From Terriglobia bacterium (lineage in GTDB: Bacteria; Acidobacteriota; Terriglobia; 2-12-FULL-54-10), in NCBI GenBank assembly GCA_963662495.2, contig CAXVYQ010000004.1, positions 7,331 through 71,330 of the forward strand: a stretch of 64,000 nt of DNA. Reading direction: 5' to 3'. The notes under the pieces are model-generated. The model searched no databases and was not told where the DNA came from. It was given only the letters and a program-made list of their open reading frames with translations. This document shows positions 9,464 to 18,879 of this stretch, piece after piece (positions within the stretch are counted from its first letter, which is position 1; the number at the start of each line of letters is the position of its first letter). A program made the translations under genes and the position numbers.

Positions 9464-11416
9464 TTATTGGGCTGGCAGCGGCACCGCGGATGTTACCGCG
9501 GTCAGTTGATCCAGCACATCCCGGTACACCACGATCTCCCCGGAGTCCGACAGTTGCTTGCGCAACTCTTCCTGATACAGCGAATAAGCCAGGTTTTTCT
9601 TCGCCGTCAGCAACTGTTCCCGGACCGATTCCTTCCGGATTTCGATGACCGAATCTTCCGGCGCCTGCCGGGTCTGGAGCTGGAATACCAGTTGCCCTCC
9701 GGTAACGGAGACCGGACCGGCAACCTCACCCGGGCTCATGCCCTGGAGATTTGCGGCCAGTTGCTGGACCGAACCAACCGTCCCGATCGTGCCGGCCAGC
9801 GTAACCTCACCACTTTCCGCCACCGTGGCCCCCGCGGCACGTGCCGCTGCAGTCAGGTCCTTGTTCTCCTGATTCTCCAGTTCCAAAGCCAGGTCCTGCG
9901 CCTGCGTGGCTGCCTGATTGCGGGACTGTTCGTCTTTGTACGCCTCGCGAACCTGATCCTCCACCTCGGAATATTCCGCCTGCCGCGGCAGATGGATCTC
10001 CTCCACCATCGGCACGACCACGCCGGACGATACTGAAATCGGGCGGCCCACCCAGCCGGCTTCCAGGCTGAAGATCTCCTGGGAGACCTCCTGATTATCC
10101 GGCATCCCTGGCAAGGGGTCCCCCTGTCCGTACATCGGCAACTCCACCAGGCCGGCGCCCATCCTCTCGGCAACTGCTCCCAAATCATCCAGCTCGTTCC
10201 GCCAGGCCACCGCCGCCTCTTCGCCCTTCCCGTTCAGCGCGGCCAGTACCTTCTCCTCCAGCAGCGCCGTTTCGATCTCCGGCTGCACTTCCTCGAATGG
10301 CTTCAGCCGCGCCTCCTCGCGTTCGCTCACCCGGATCAGATGAAATCCGAACTCCGTCTTGACCAGCTCGCTCAGCGCGCCGGGCTCCAGGCTGAAAACC
10401 GCCGCCTCGAATCCCGGAACGGTCTGGCCGCGGACGATGAATCCCAGTTCCCCGCCCTGCGCCGCGGAACCCGGGTCCTCGGAGTTTCCCTTCGCCAGTT
10501 CGGCGAAATCGGCGCCGTCCTTCAACTGTTGCAGCAACTCTCCGGCCCGCGTCTCGGCCACTTCCATCGCGGCCGGGTCGGTGGCCGAAGCCCGCACCAG
10601 GATGTGGCTGGCCGAGACCCGCTCCTCGGTCCTGTAACCGTCGATGTTCCGCTGGTAGTAATCGCGCACTTCGTTTTCCGGCACGCTGATGGCTTCCTGC
10701 GCCTCACTCCTGGAAAACACCATGAGCTTCGCATCCCGCTTCTGCGCTATCTGATACTGGTTCCGGTGCGATTCGAAATAATCGGCCAGGGCGGCGTCGG
10801 TTACCGGAATATCATCCCGCAGCTCGGAGGGCTGAAAGAGCACATAACTCAGCACGAACTTTTCATTCTGCTCGATCACCGCATCGCGCACTTCGCCGTC
10901 GCTGGCCGATACAGAGTCGGTTACCAACTGCTGCAGCCGCTGCGTAATGATCGAATTTCTGAACCTCCGCTCGAACTCCGCCACGGGAACACCGAAACGG
11001 TTGAAGACGATGGTGTCATACTGCTCCTGCCCTACGAATTTTCCGTCCGGAAACAGTTCCGGAATCTGCCGCAACCGCTGCACCATATCCTGCTCGGAAA
11101 CACGCACGCCCAGCCGGTCGGCTTCGTGCAGAATCGCTTTTTCCATCAGCATCTCGTCCAGCACCTGCTCGGTGTAGAGCCAGACCATCTCGGGCGGAAT
11201 GCGGCTTTCACGCGTCAACTGCATTACGCTCTGCTGCAACTCCACCGTCGTGATGCTATCGCCCTGCACCTCGGCCACCACTCCGGTCGCGACGGATGTC
11301 AGCGGCGTCATGATTCCCGGAATCAGCGTGATCACCATGGTGAGCGACACCAGCACCAGAATCGAGCCCACCAGTATTCGAATCGTTAAGTCTCTGCGGC
11401 GAAAAATATTCAGCAT
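9464..11416 (-). CDS. ppiD: PpiD-like periplasmic chaperone / parvulin PPIase
   Basis: N-terminal TM, SurA_N region and rotamase motifs ASHILV, FAELAK..SEDPGSAAQGGELG, TEFGFHLI. Confidence 0.85.
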   Translation of the reverse strand: MLNIFRRRDLTIRILVGSILVLVSLTMVITLIPGIMTPLTSVATGVVAEVQGDSITTVELQQSVMQLTRESRIPPEMVWLYTEQVLDEMLMEKAILHEADRLGVRVSEQDMVQRLRQIPELFPDGKFVGQEQYDTIVFNRFGVPVAEFERRFRNSIITQRLQQLVTDSVSASDGEVRDAVIEQNEKFVLSYVLFQPSELRDDIPVTDAALADYFESHRNQYQIAQKRDAKLMVFSRSEAQEAISVPENEVRDYYQRNIDGYRTEERVSASHILVRASATDPAAMEVAETRAGELLQQLKDGADFAELAKGNSEDPGSAAQGGELGFIVRGQTVPGFEAAVFSLEPGALSELVKTEFGFHLIRVSEREEARLKPFEEVQPEIETALLEEKVLAALNGKGEEAAVAWRNELDDLGAVAERMGAGLVELPMYGQGDPLPGMPDNQEVSQEIFSLEAGWVGRPISVSSGVVVPMVEEIHLPRQAEYSEVEDQVREAYKDEQSRNQAATQAQDLALELENQENKDLTAAARAAGATVAESGEVTLAGTIGTVGSVQQLAANLQGMSPGEVAGPVSVTGGQLVFQLQTRQAPEDSVIEIRKESVREQLLTAKKNLAYSLYQEELRKQLSDSGEIVVYRDVLDQLTAVTSAVPLPAQ

Positions 11417-11637
11417 ACCTAAATCCCGTGTACCATCCTGTGATTATCTTTTGACACTGTAACATAACAGCATATTGCATCCGGAACCACATTGACCAGA
11501 ACAAATCCCGCCCCGTGCCAGAACAAATCCCTGTCCGACGCCGGAGAGTTCCAGCCATCCCATCCCCCGGTCTCGCCCGGAGAAAGGCAGCGGCGCCCCG
11601 GAAGCTGGCGGCCCTGCCCACCCCCGCCCATATTATC

Positions 11638-12183
11638 TCAGGAATGGTTTGTGCCGGTTTCCGCCCGTTGCGCGGTTCTCACGTGCCATGCGAACCATCC
11701 GATAGTTCCGAACATTCCGGTCCATCCGAGCAGACGGAACACCCGCGCAATTCCCAGGTCATGGCGCAACAGTCCGAGGCTGGAAAAGATGTTGAACCAG
11801 TCGTGTCCGGCCTGATCCGGGTTTCCAACCGTAACCAGCGGGAGCACTTGCGCCCTCGCATCCGCCATGTATACGGAGATATTCAGGAAATTTTCAAAGA
11901 AAAAGAAGGCGCAGAAAACAAACCCGGTCGTCTGCCGGTGAAAAGAAAAATAGCTCGCCAGCATCGCCGGCACCATTAGCTGGAACAGCGTCCCGCCCCA
12001 CAACCCCAACGTGCGTCCAAAGTGGCTGAACAACAAGTGTCCGGCTTCATGCATGATCAGATTGGCGCTGTCCACGATCAGGAATCCGGACTTATTCGTC
12101 GCCGCGTGAATCAGAAACAGCGCGTAAAAAACAACCCAGGACCAGAATGCGATTTTTGATACCCGCTGCCATTCACCCTGCAT
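11638..12183 (-). CDS. Membrane protein with HExxH motif (M50-like zinc peptidase)
   Basis: HEAGH, GGTLFQL and GHDW motifs among TM segments. Confidence 0.6.
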   Translation of the reverse strand: MQGEWQRVSKIAFWSWVVFYALFLIHAATNKSGFLIVDSANLIMHEAGHLLFSHFGRTLGLWGGTLFQLMVPAMLASYFSFHRQTTGFVFCAFFFFENFLNISVYMADARAQVLPLVTVGNPDQAGHDWFNIFSSLGLLRHDLGIARVFRLLGWTGMFGTIGWFAWHVRTAQRAETGTNHS

Positions 12184-12288
12184 CCGAACGAATCTCCTTC
12201 CCCGCAAAGACCGCGAACCCGTGAAACTGATCCGCCTATCATGATGACCCTATCGGCCGATTGCCGGAAATCTCCTCCACAATATCTA

Positions 12289-12318
12289 TTGACAAGCCTG
12301 TAGCAGAATCGAAATACT
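12289..12318 (+). promoter_or_regulatory. Putative sigma70 promoter for argD
   Basis: TTGACA-N18-AATACT about 60 bp upstream of the argD start. Confidence 0.45.
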
Positions 12319-12381
12319 CACCTTTTTGACTTCATCATTCCTTCACAGGATTGCCTCACAGGCCGGCGGCGGAGACAACCA

Positions 12382-13614
12382 ATGAAAAAGAGCTTGCAGG
12401 AGATTGAAAAACGGCACCTGATCCAGACCTATGCCCGCCTGCCTCTGGTGATCGAAAAAGGGAAAGGATGCTGGGTCTGGGATGACCAGGGGAAGAAATA
12501 TCTCGACTTTCTCTCCGGACTCTCCGTGAACGCGCTCGGACATTGCCACCCCCGTCTGGTGCGCGTGCTGCGGGAGCAGGCCGGGAGACTCATTCACATC
12601 TCGAACCTTTATTATCACGCCTACCAGGCGCCGCTGGCCGCCGAACTGAAGAGGATCACGCACATGGACCGTGTCTTTTTCTGCAACAGCGGCGCGGAAG
12701 GCATCGAGGGAGCCATCAAGCTGGCGCGGTCGCACGGCAAGAAGATCCGCAAAGGGAAGTTTGAGATCGTCGCTCTGGAAAACTCCTTTCACGGACGCAC
12801 GACCGGAGCGCTGGCGGCCACCGGTCAGGAGAAATTCAGAAGGGACTTCGAGCCGCTGCTGCCCGGGGTGAAATTCGTCCGGCTGAACAACCTCCGTGAT
12901 CTGAAGGCAGCCATCAACCGGAATACCTGCGCCGTGTTGCTGGAACCGATTCAGGGCGAGGGTGGGGTATACGAGCTGAGCCGGGAGTTTCTGCAAACCG
13001 CGGCAACGCTTGCCCGGGAGAAAAAGGCGCTGCTGATACTGGACGAGATTCAGTGCGGATTGGGCCGCACGGGCCGTTACCTGGCTTCGCAGCAGTTCGG
13101 GATCACCCCGGACGTGCTCGTGCTCGCCAAGTCGCTCGCCGGGGGACTACCGATGGGAGCCATTCTGGCGCGCGAGGAAGTTGCCGCGGACCTGGGGCCG
13201 GGAATGCACGGCACCACGTTTGGCGGCGGCCCGCTGACCTGTCGCGTGGCACTGGAGTTTCTGGCCGTCCTGAAAGAGGAGAATATCCTACAGCATGTCC
13301 GAACCACCGGGGCTTATTTCAAACAACAGTTGAAGCAATTGAAGTCGCGGCACCCGATGATTCGCGAGGTGCGCGGACGGGGCCTGATGCTGGCGCTGGA
13401 TCTGGACCGGCCCAGCCGCCCCATCGTGCTGCGGGCGCAGGAGCGGGGACTGATCCTCAACAGCACGCATGGGTCGGCAGTCCGCTTTCTGCCTCCCCTG
13501 ATCCTGGACGCTAAACTCGTGGACCGGGCGATCCGCATATTGGAAGAAGTACTCTGCGAAGCTGGGAAGCAGGAGGCCTCCGAACCGCCTTCCAGCAGGG
13601 CCGCTGTCCGCTGA
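12382..13614 (+). CDS. argD: Acetylornithine aminotransferase (class III PLP)
   Basis: FCNSGAEG, SFHGRT, EPIQGEGG, DEIQCGLGRTG, AKSLAGG, HGTTFGG. Confidence 0.9.
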   Translation: MKKSLQEIEKRHLIQTYARLPLVIEKGKGCWVWDDQGKKYLDFLSGLSVNALGHCHPRLVRVLREQAGRLIHISNLYYHAYQAPLAAELKRITHMDRVFFCNSGAEGIEGAIKLARSHGKKIRKGKFEIVALENSFHGRTTGALAATGQEKFRRDFEPLLPGVKFVRLNNLRDLKAAINRNTCAVLLEPIQGEGGVYELSREFLQTAATLAREKKALLILDEIQCGLGRTGRYLASQQFGITPDVLVLAKSLAGGLPMGAILAREEVAADLGPGMHGTTFGGGPLTCRVALEFLAVLKEENILQHVRTTGAYFKQQLKQLKSRHPMIREVRGRGLMLALDLDRPSRPIVLRAQERGLILNSTHGSAVRFLPPLILDAKLVDRAIRILEEVLCEAGKQEASEPPSSRAAVR

Positions 13615-13659
13615 TGCGGACTCTTCCAGCAATCAAGCCACGGGGCGGGGAGTGACGGG

Positions 13660-14871
13660 GTGAGCGGGCCGGGGGTGAGTGGACTAGATGTGCTGGTCTG
13701 GATTCTGGCGGCAGTCGTCGCTGGCTCCATCGCTTACACCGGCATCTCCCTCCATGGCGCTCTACGGTTTTTCCGTTGCTTCCCCCGGCGCTTCCTGCCC
13801 GCCACGCCTCCAAGCATCCCAGGAAATTTTTCGCCTCCCCTGTCCCTCTTGAAGCCGCTTTACGGCGCGGACCGCGAACTGGAAGCGAATCTCGAAAGCT
13901 TCTGCCGGCAGGACTACCCTCATTACGAAATCCTGTTTTCCGTCCGGGACCAATCCGACCCGGCGGTCGCAATCGTGGACCGGCTTCAGCAGAATCATCC
14001 CACGATCCCGATCCGTCTGCTGGTGCTCGGACCGCCCAAATATCCGAACGCAAAGGTGCACGGGCTGGAGGCGATGATGGAGGCCGCGGCGCACCAGATT
14101 CTGGTGGTCAGCGACAGCGACATGCGGGTTTCCCCGCAATACCTTTCGAGCGTGGTGGCGCCGCTGGCGGACGAAAAGGTGGGGATGAGCACGGTGATTT
14201 CCCGCGGCGTGGCCGGCCGGTCCATCTGGTCGCTGCTGGAGACGCTCGGGATGAACACGCAGTTCACTCCGGGGATTCTTTCGGCATGGGTGCTGCTGGG
14301 CCTCGAATTTGCCCTGGGACCGACGATGGTCGTGAGAAAAACAGTGATCGAGCAGATGGGTGGGTTCGGTACACTGGGCGACTATCTGGCCGATGACTTC
14401 GTGCTCGGCGAGCGGGTGGCGCGCCTGGGACACCGGGTGGAGCTGGCAATGAATATTCCCGACCACCTGATCTGGAACGATTCCTTCCGCCAATCTCTCG
14501 ATCACCGGCTTCGCTGGGAGCGCAGTTCCCGCCGGTCGCGGCCCGCAGGCTACCTGGGACAGGTCTTCACCCATGCACTGCCACTCGCGGCGGGGCTCGG
14601 AATTGCCGCCGGGGCCATTCAGCCCGCCGGAGCATGGCTGGCCTGGACGCTGGCGGGCCTCTGCTTGGTGGCGCGCGCGGTGCAGGCGTGGTTCGTCGGC
14701 TGGACCGTGTTGCGGGACGGCTCGCTCAAAAAATTCTGGTGGCTGCTGCCGGTTCAGGACCTGGTGAGCTTCCTGATCTGGCTGGCGGCGTTTTTCGGAA
14801 AACAGGTGGAGTGGCGGGGTGAGCGCTTCGAGGTGCTACGAGGCGGGAAACTGAAACAGGTAAGCCGATAA
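13660..14871 (+). CDS. hpnI: HpnI / ceramide glucosyltransferase family GT2
   Basis: LKPLYG, SFCRQDYP, NAKV, SDSD, YLADDFVLG, RW motif and C-terminal WRG. Confidence 0.8.
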   Translation: MSGPGVSGLDVLVWILAAVVAGSIAYTGISLHGALRFFRCFPRRFLPATPPSIPGNFSPPLSLLKPLYGADRELEANLESFCRQDYPHYEILFSVRDQSDPAVAIVDRLQQNHPTIPIRLLVLGPPKYPNAKVHGLEAMMEAAAHQILVVSDSDMRVSPQYLSSVVAPLADEKVGMSTVISRGVAGRSIWSLLETLGMNTQFTPGILSAWVLLGLEFALGPTMVVRKTVIEQMGGFGTLGDYLADDFVLGERVARLGHRVELAMNIPDHLIWNDSFRQSLDHRLRWERSSRRSRPAGYLGQVFTHALPLAAGLGIAAGAIQPAGAWLAWTLAGLCLVARAVQAWFVGWTVLRDGSLKKFWWLLPVQDLVSFLIWLAAFFGKQVEWRGERFEVLRGGKLKQVSR

Positions 14872-14906
14872 GAACTGATAGTGGTAGGCGGAGTAAAAAA
14901 CAGAGG

Positions 14907-15255
14907 CTAGATCTCCGTATCGCGGGGAACGGAGAAACCGATCTCGCGGTCGCGGGCGGCCTTGCCGGGATTCAATTCAACCCACAAAATGGCCTGATAC
15001 GGGACGGTCAGGGCGGGCCAGGCGACTGTCTCTCCGGCTTCGGCGCCGCAATCGGGTGGAAGCGGGCTGGACTTCTCGGTATCGGAATAGTAGGAAAAGG
15101 TCAGCAGGGAATCCTCCGCCCGAATGATCTTGACAACGTTGAACTCCTCACCGGCAACCCGCAACGTGAGCGACACTGCGCTGCTAAGGATAGACCTTGT
15201 AGTAGTCTTCGACGAGGTCCCCGATATTTTTGAAGAAGACTCTGTTGAAGGACAT
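14907..15255 (-). CDS. Hypothetical protein downstream of atpE, frameshifted near 15186
   Basis: MSFNRVFFKNIGDLVEDYYKVYP joins SSAVSLTLRVAGEEF... if one extra base is removed. Confidence 0.5.
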
Positions 15256-15347
15256 AGTGGCGGAGGCCCCAATGATGACCGGTCCGGCGGCCAGTTGATC
15301 GAGAGAGGGGATACCCTGTTCCGCGAGATATCCCCTCTCCAGCATTA

Positions 15348-15656
15348 CTATACCTTGATGAAGATGATCACGAAGGTATAGAGCGCCAGAGACTCGATGA
15401 AGGCGAGACCGAGAATCAGCGCGAGGCGGATTCCGGCCGTGGCTCCGGGATTGCGGGCCATGCCTTCCGCCGCCGCCGCCGTTGCCTTGCCCTGAGCCAG
15501 ACCGCAGAGGCCGGAGGCGATGGCCATGCCGAAACCGGCAGCCAGCGCGGCCATGTTCAGCGGGGCGCTGGCAGCCGCTCCGGCCTCCTGCGCGAAGGCC
15601 GGGGTTGCTCCAAAGACCAGCAGAATCCCCGCCATGGACCAAAATAAATTCTTCAT
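15348..15656 (-). CDS. atpE: ATP synthase Fo subunit c
   Basis: GLAQGKA...MARNP...LAFIESLALY with the ion-binding Glu. N-terminal signal-like extension. Confidence 0.95.
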   Translation of the reverse strand: MKNLFWSMAGILLVFGATPAFAQEAGAAASAPLNMAALAAGFGMAIASGLCGLAQGKATAAAAEGMARNPGATAGIRLALILGLAFIESLALYTFVIIFIKV

Positions 15657-15775
15657 ACCTGCTCCTTTCCTACCATATAAAATTGTCCCAGTGGGTGGTT
15701 GTCCCGCACCCCTCTTGCAGCGGAACCTCACGCTGAGACGATGCTCATAATAAGCCGTATTGCAGATCTTCCGAA

Positions 15776-16510
15776 TCAATGCTCTTCGGCGACGGCGCCG
15801 GCCAGGTACACCATGGTCAGCAGCACAAAGATAAAGGCCTGGAGCCCACCGACAAATATATGAAGTCCTTCAAATACCACGGGAACCGCTACGGGAACCA
15901 GCGCAATGAAGATCAGCGAGATATTATGCCCCGCGATCATGTTGGCCATGAGCCGCACCGCGAGCGAAAGAATTCGGGCCAGGTGGCTGACCAGCTCGAT
16001 AACGAACATCAGCGGAGCAATGGCCATGACCGGGCCCATAAAAGTTTTTACATAGGCGAAACCGTGATGCTGGGCGCCCACATAGTTGTAATAGATAAAT
16101 GCCACCATGGCGCATCCGAGCGTAACGGGGATCTGGTCGGTAGGCGTTTCCAGCGTGGGGATGATGCCGATGACGTTGCAGAGGAAAATAAACAGTCCCA
16201 GGGTCAGAAGAATGGGGACGAAACGGGACGTGCGGTGCCCGACAATATCTTCAATCTGGCCGTCGATGCCGTCGATCAGCAGTTCAAAGACCTGCTGGAG
16301 CTTGCCCGGCCTGTCGACCGAAATTCCGCGACGCACACCCAGCAGCACGACCATGATGATCAGCGCAACGAAAATCTCCATCGCCAGATAGTTGGGGATG
16401 GGATGGCCCGGAACCTCCGGGTGGATGCCCACGGCTTCCAGCAGCGCCGTCGCCGGTCCGCCGAAGACGTTGTTTAAGAGGGCGGTAAACCAGAGTTCCT
16501 GATGTTCCAT
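15776..16510 (-). CDS. atpB: ATP synthase Fo subunit a
   Basis: SLAVRLMANMIAGH and LQAFIFVLLTMVY. Confidence 0.95.
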   Translation of the reverse strand: MEHQELWFTALLNNVFGGPATALLEAVGIHPEVPGHPIPNYLAMEIFVALIIMVVLLGVRRGISVDRPGKLQQVFELLIDGIDGQIEDIVGHRTSRFVPILLTLGLFIFLCNVIGIIPTLETPTDQIPVTLGCAMVAFIYYNYVGAQHHGFAYVKTFMGPVMAIAPLMFVIELVSHLARILSLAVRLMANMIAGHNISLIFIALVPVAVPVVFEGLHIFVGGLQAFIFVLLTMVYLAGAVAEEH

Positions 16511-16512
16511 GA

Positions 16513-17025
16513 CTATCGATGTTTTCTCAATTCGTAGTAGATCTGAAAACCAGCTTCCACCAGCAAGGCTGCAATGGAGAGAAAGAGTCCTCCAAAGAAG
16601 GCCTCCAGACTGATGGCCGAATTTGAAAATATAGCATAGCCGGCAAGGGCTATCAACGCGTAGCGGAAGAGGAACCGGAACACAGCCGCGGTGGATCCGC
16701 TGCCAGGGCGTTTGGCGCCAGGGTGTTTGTCCGTCTGGGTGGCGATGGCGTTGGCCAGAACGTTGACAGAGGTTGTCATCCATTGCAGGCTCAAGGCCGA
16801 AACCGTCGCGCCCACCCCGAAGCCCACCGCCCAGCTTGCCCCGCCCCACCACCAGCAGGCTGCGACGCCCATCACGCCCATCACCACCATGACGCGCGCC
16901 ACCCGGCGCTCCGTACCTGCGAGCAGGACGAGTTCTTCCGGAGGAATCTCGGTGGCAGGGGTTTCAGGCCCGGCGGAGGGGGTCGTGGAGCCGGCTTCCG
17001 GACTGGAGGGGGTTTCGTCGCCCAT
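16513..17025 (-). CDS. atpI: ATP synthase subunit I family protein
   Basis: Four TM segments with FLFRYALI, located upstream of atpB. Confidence 0.7.
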   Translation of the reverse strand: MGDETPSSPEAGSTTPSAGPETPATEIPPEELVLLAGTERRVARVMVVMGVMGVAACWWWGGASWAVGFGVGATVSALSLQWMTTSVNVLANAIATQTDKHPGAKRPGSGSTAAVFRFLFRYALIALAGYAIFSNSAISLEAFFGGLFLSIAALLVEAGFQIYYELRKHR

Positions 17026-17028
17026 GAG

Positions 17029-17256
17029 CTACTCCGAATTCCTGGTAACGATCCGGATCATCTCGACAAAGCCGGCAACGATGCCAATGAGGAGGAAAAC
17101 GACGTTCAGGAAATTGGTATCGAACAGATGGTCCAGCAGGACGCCGATGAAGTAACCCGTGACGGCCGAGGCCGGCAACAGGACGCCGATCGTGCTATAA
17201 CGGCTGATCTGGACCCAAGCGGACTGTTTTTTTTGCGGCGGCATCGGACTCTCCAC
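17029..17256 (-). CDS. atpZ: AtpZ/AtpI family protein
   Basis: GYFIGVLLDHLFDT...LLIGIVAGF motif. Confidence 0.8.
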   Translation of the reverse strand: MESPMPPQKKQSAWVQISRYSTIGVLLPASAVTGYFIGVLLDHLFDTNFLNVVFLLIGIVAGFVEMIRIVTRNSE

Positions 17257-17290
17257 GGACCGCGGGTTCGGATTGGTGAGCAGGCTAGCG

Positions 17291-17330
17291 CGCCGGTTAA
17301 GGCCGGCTAAGGCCGATTAAGGCCACCTAA
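17291..17330. repeat. Four imperfect 10-bp tandem repeats
   Basis: cgccggttaa ggccggctaa ggccgattaa ggccacctaa, overlapping the nuoN stop. Confidence 0.7.
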
Positions 17331-18814
17331 GGGAGGATCGATTGTACGGTGTCCGTCGCGAGCTGAATGAACGGGTCCGGATAGATCCCGATGAACAGCG
17401 TCATGGCCAGCGAGACGGCCAGCGTAAACCGGACGCCCGGCGCCAGGCTGAGCTGAGTACGGTCCGCCGGCTCCCGCATGAACATGACCACGACAACGCG
17501 GAAGTAGTAGTAAAGCGCCACGGCCACGTACAGGACCGCGACAACGGCCAGAACATAATGCTGCGTCTGGATGAGTGAAAGGAAGATGAAGTACTTGCCG
17601 ATGAATCCGGCGGTCGGCGGGATGCCGGCCAGCGAGAGCAGAAAAATCAGCATCAGCACGGCGGCCACGGGCGAGCGGTAGATCAGCCCCGACAGGTCGT
17701 CGATCTCATCGCCGATCAGGTCCTGGCGCCGCATGGAAACGATGACGGCGAAGACACCGAGGTTCATGAACATGTAGACGAGCAGGTAGATGGCGATGCC
17801 CTTCACGCCCGTGTCATTTCCCGCTATCAGGCCGAGCATCATGTAACCGGCGTGGGAGATCGCCGAGTATCCCAGCAGCCGTTTCAGGTTCGACTGGCTG
17901 ATGGCGGAAAGGTTGCCCAGCGTCATCGTCGCGATAGCCACCCCGATCAGCAGCGGCAGCCACAACTCCCGCACCGGCGCCAGCGGCACCATGAATATCC
18001 GCAGCAGGAAGGCGAAGGCGGCGGCCTTCGGGCCCACGGACATGAACGCGGTGATGGAATGCGGCGCGCCTTCGTAGGCATCGGGCAACCACTGGTGGAA
18101 GGGGACCGCGCCGATCTTGAAGAGCAGTCCGGCGGTGATGGTGAGGACGCTGATGAGGACGAGCGGGTCGCCGTCGGGCCGCTGGGAGATGGCGGAGGCG
18201 ATGATCCGCAGGTCGGTCGAATTGCTCATGCCGTAGAGCAGCGACATGCCGTAGAGCAGGATGCCGCTGGAGAATGCGCCCAGCAGCAGGTACTTCAAGG
18301 CCGCTTCATTGGAGCGGCGGTCCCGCCGCAGGTAGCCGGTGAGGATATAGACAGAGATCACCATCAGTTCCAGGCCCATGAACAGAGTAACCAGGTCCAT
18401 GCCGATGGCCAGGAAGATCATGCCGACGGTGGCCAGCAGCATGATGGCGTAATGGTCGCCGCGCTGTTCGTCTTCCACATCCAGGTATCTGATGGACAGC
18501 AGGATCGAGAGGGCCGAGGAGATCAGGAAGATCCAGATGAAGTAGATGCCGAACGTGTCCAGGATGATGGCGCCGCGGAAGGCTTCCACTTCCCGCACGC
18601 CGGCCTGGGCCATCATGTATTGGATTCCCCCGGGCCAGGGACCCAGGCTGTAAGCCGCAAACCCGATTCCGACCAGCGCCATCACGGCGTTCAAGTGCTT
18701 CTGGCCCTTTTCCAGCATCAGGTCCGTCATCATCACGCCCAGCGCGAAGATCGCCAGCAGGATCGCGGGCTTCAGGACCAGAAAATCGACCGATGAGAAA
18801 TATTCAGTCAGCAT
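17327..18814 (-). CDS. nuoN: NADH-quinone oxidoreductase subunit N
   Basis: EAALKYLLLG, FKIGAVPFHQWLPDAYEGAP, KRLLGYSAI. Confidence 0.95.
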   Translation of the reverse strand: MLTEYFSSVDFLVLKPAILLAIFALGVMMTDLMLEKGQKHLNAVMALVGIGFAAYSLGPWPGGIQYMMAQAGVREVEAFRGAIILDTFGIYFIWIFLISSALSILLSIRYLDVEDEQRGDHYAIMLLATVGMIFLAIGMDLVTLFMGLELMVISVYILTGYLRRDRRSNEAALKYLLLGAFSSGILLYGMSLLYGMSNSTDLRIIASAISQRPDGDPLVLISVLTITAGLLFKIGAVPFHQWLPDAYEGAPHSITAFMSVGPKAAAFAFLLRIFMVPLAPVRELWLPLLIGVAIATMTLGNLSAISQSNLKRLLGYSAISHAGYMMLGLIAGNDTGVKGIAIYLLVYMFMNLGVFAVIVSMRRQDLIGDEIDDLSGLIYRSPVAAVLMLIFLLSLAGIPPTAGFIGKYFIFLSLIQTQHYVLAVVAVLYVAVALYYYFRVVVVMFMREPADRTQLSLAPGVRFTLAVSLAMTLFIGIYPDPFIQLATDTVQSILP

Positions 18815-18879
18815 GATTCATCTATCAGAGGGTGAAAAGCGCCCGGTTCCGGCTATCGACGAAAGCCAGGACTTCCCCG

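Noticed and set aside
11451-11476. TTGACA as promoter of a hidden plus-strand gene
   Set aside because: No properly spaced -10 box and no credible downstream gene.
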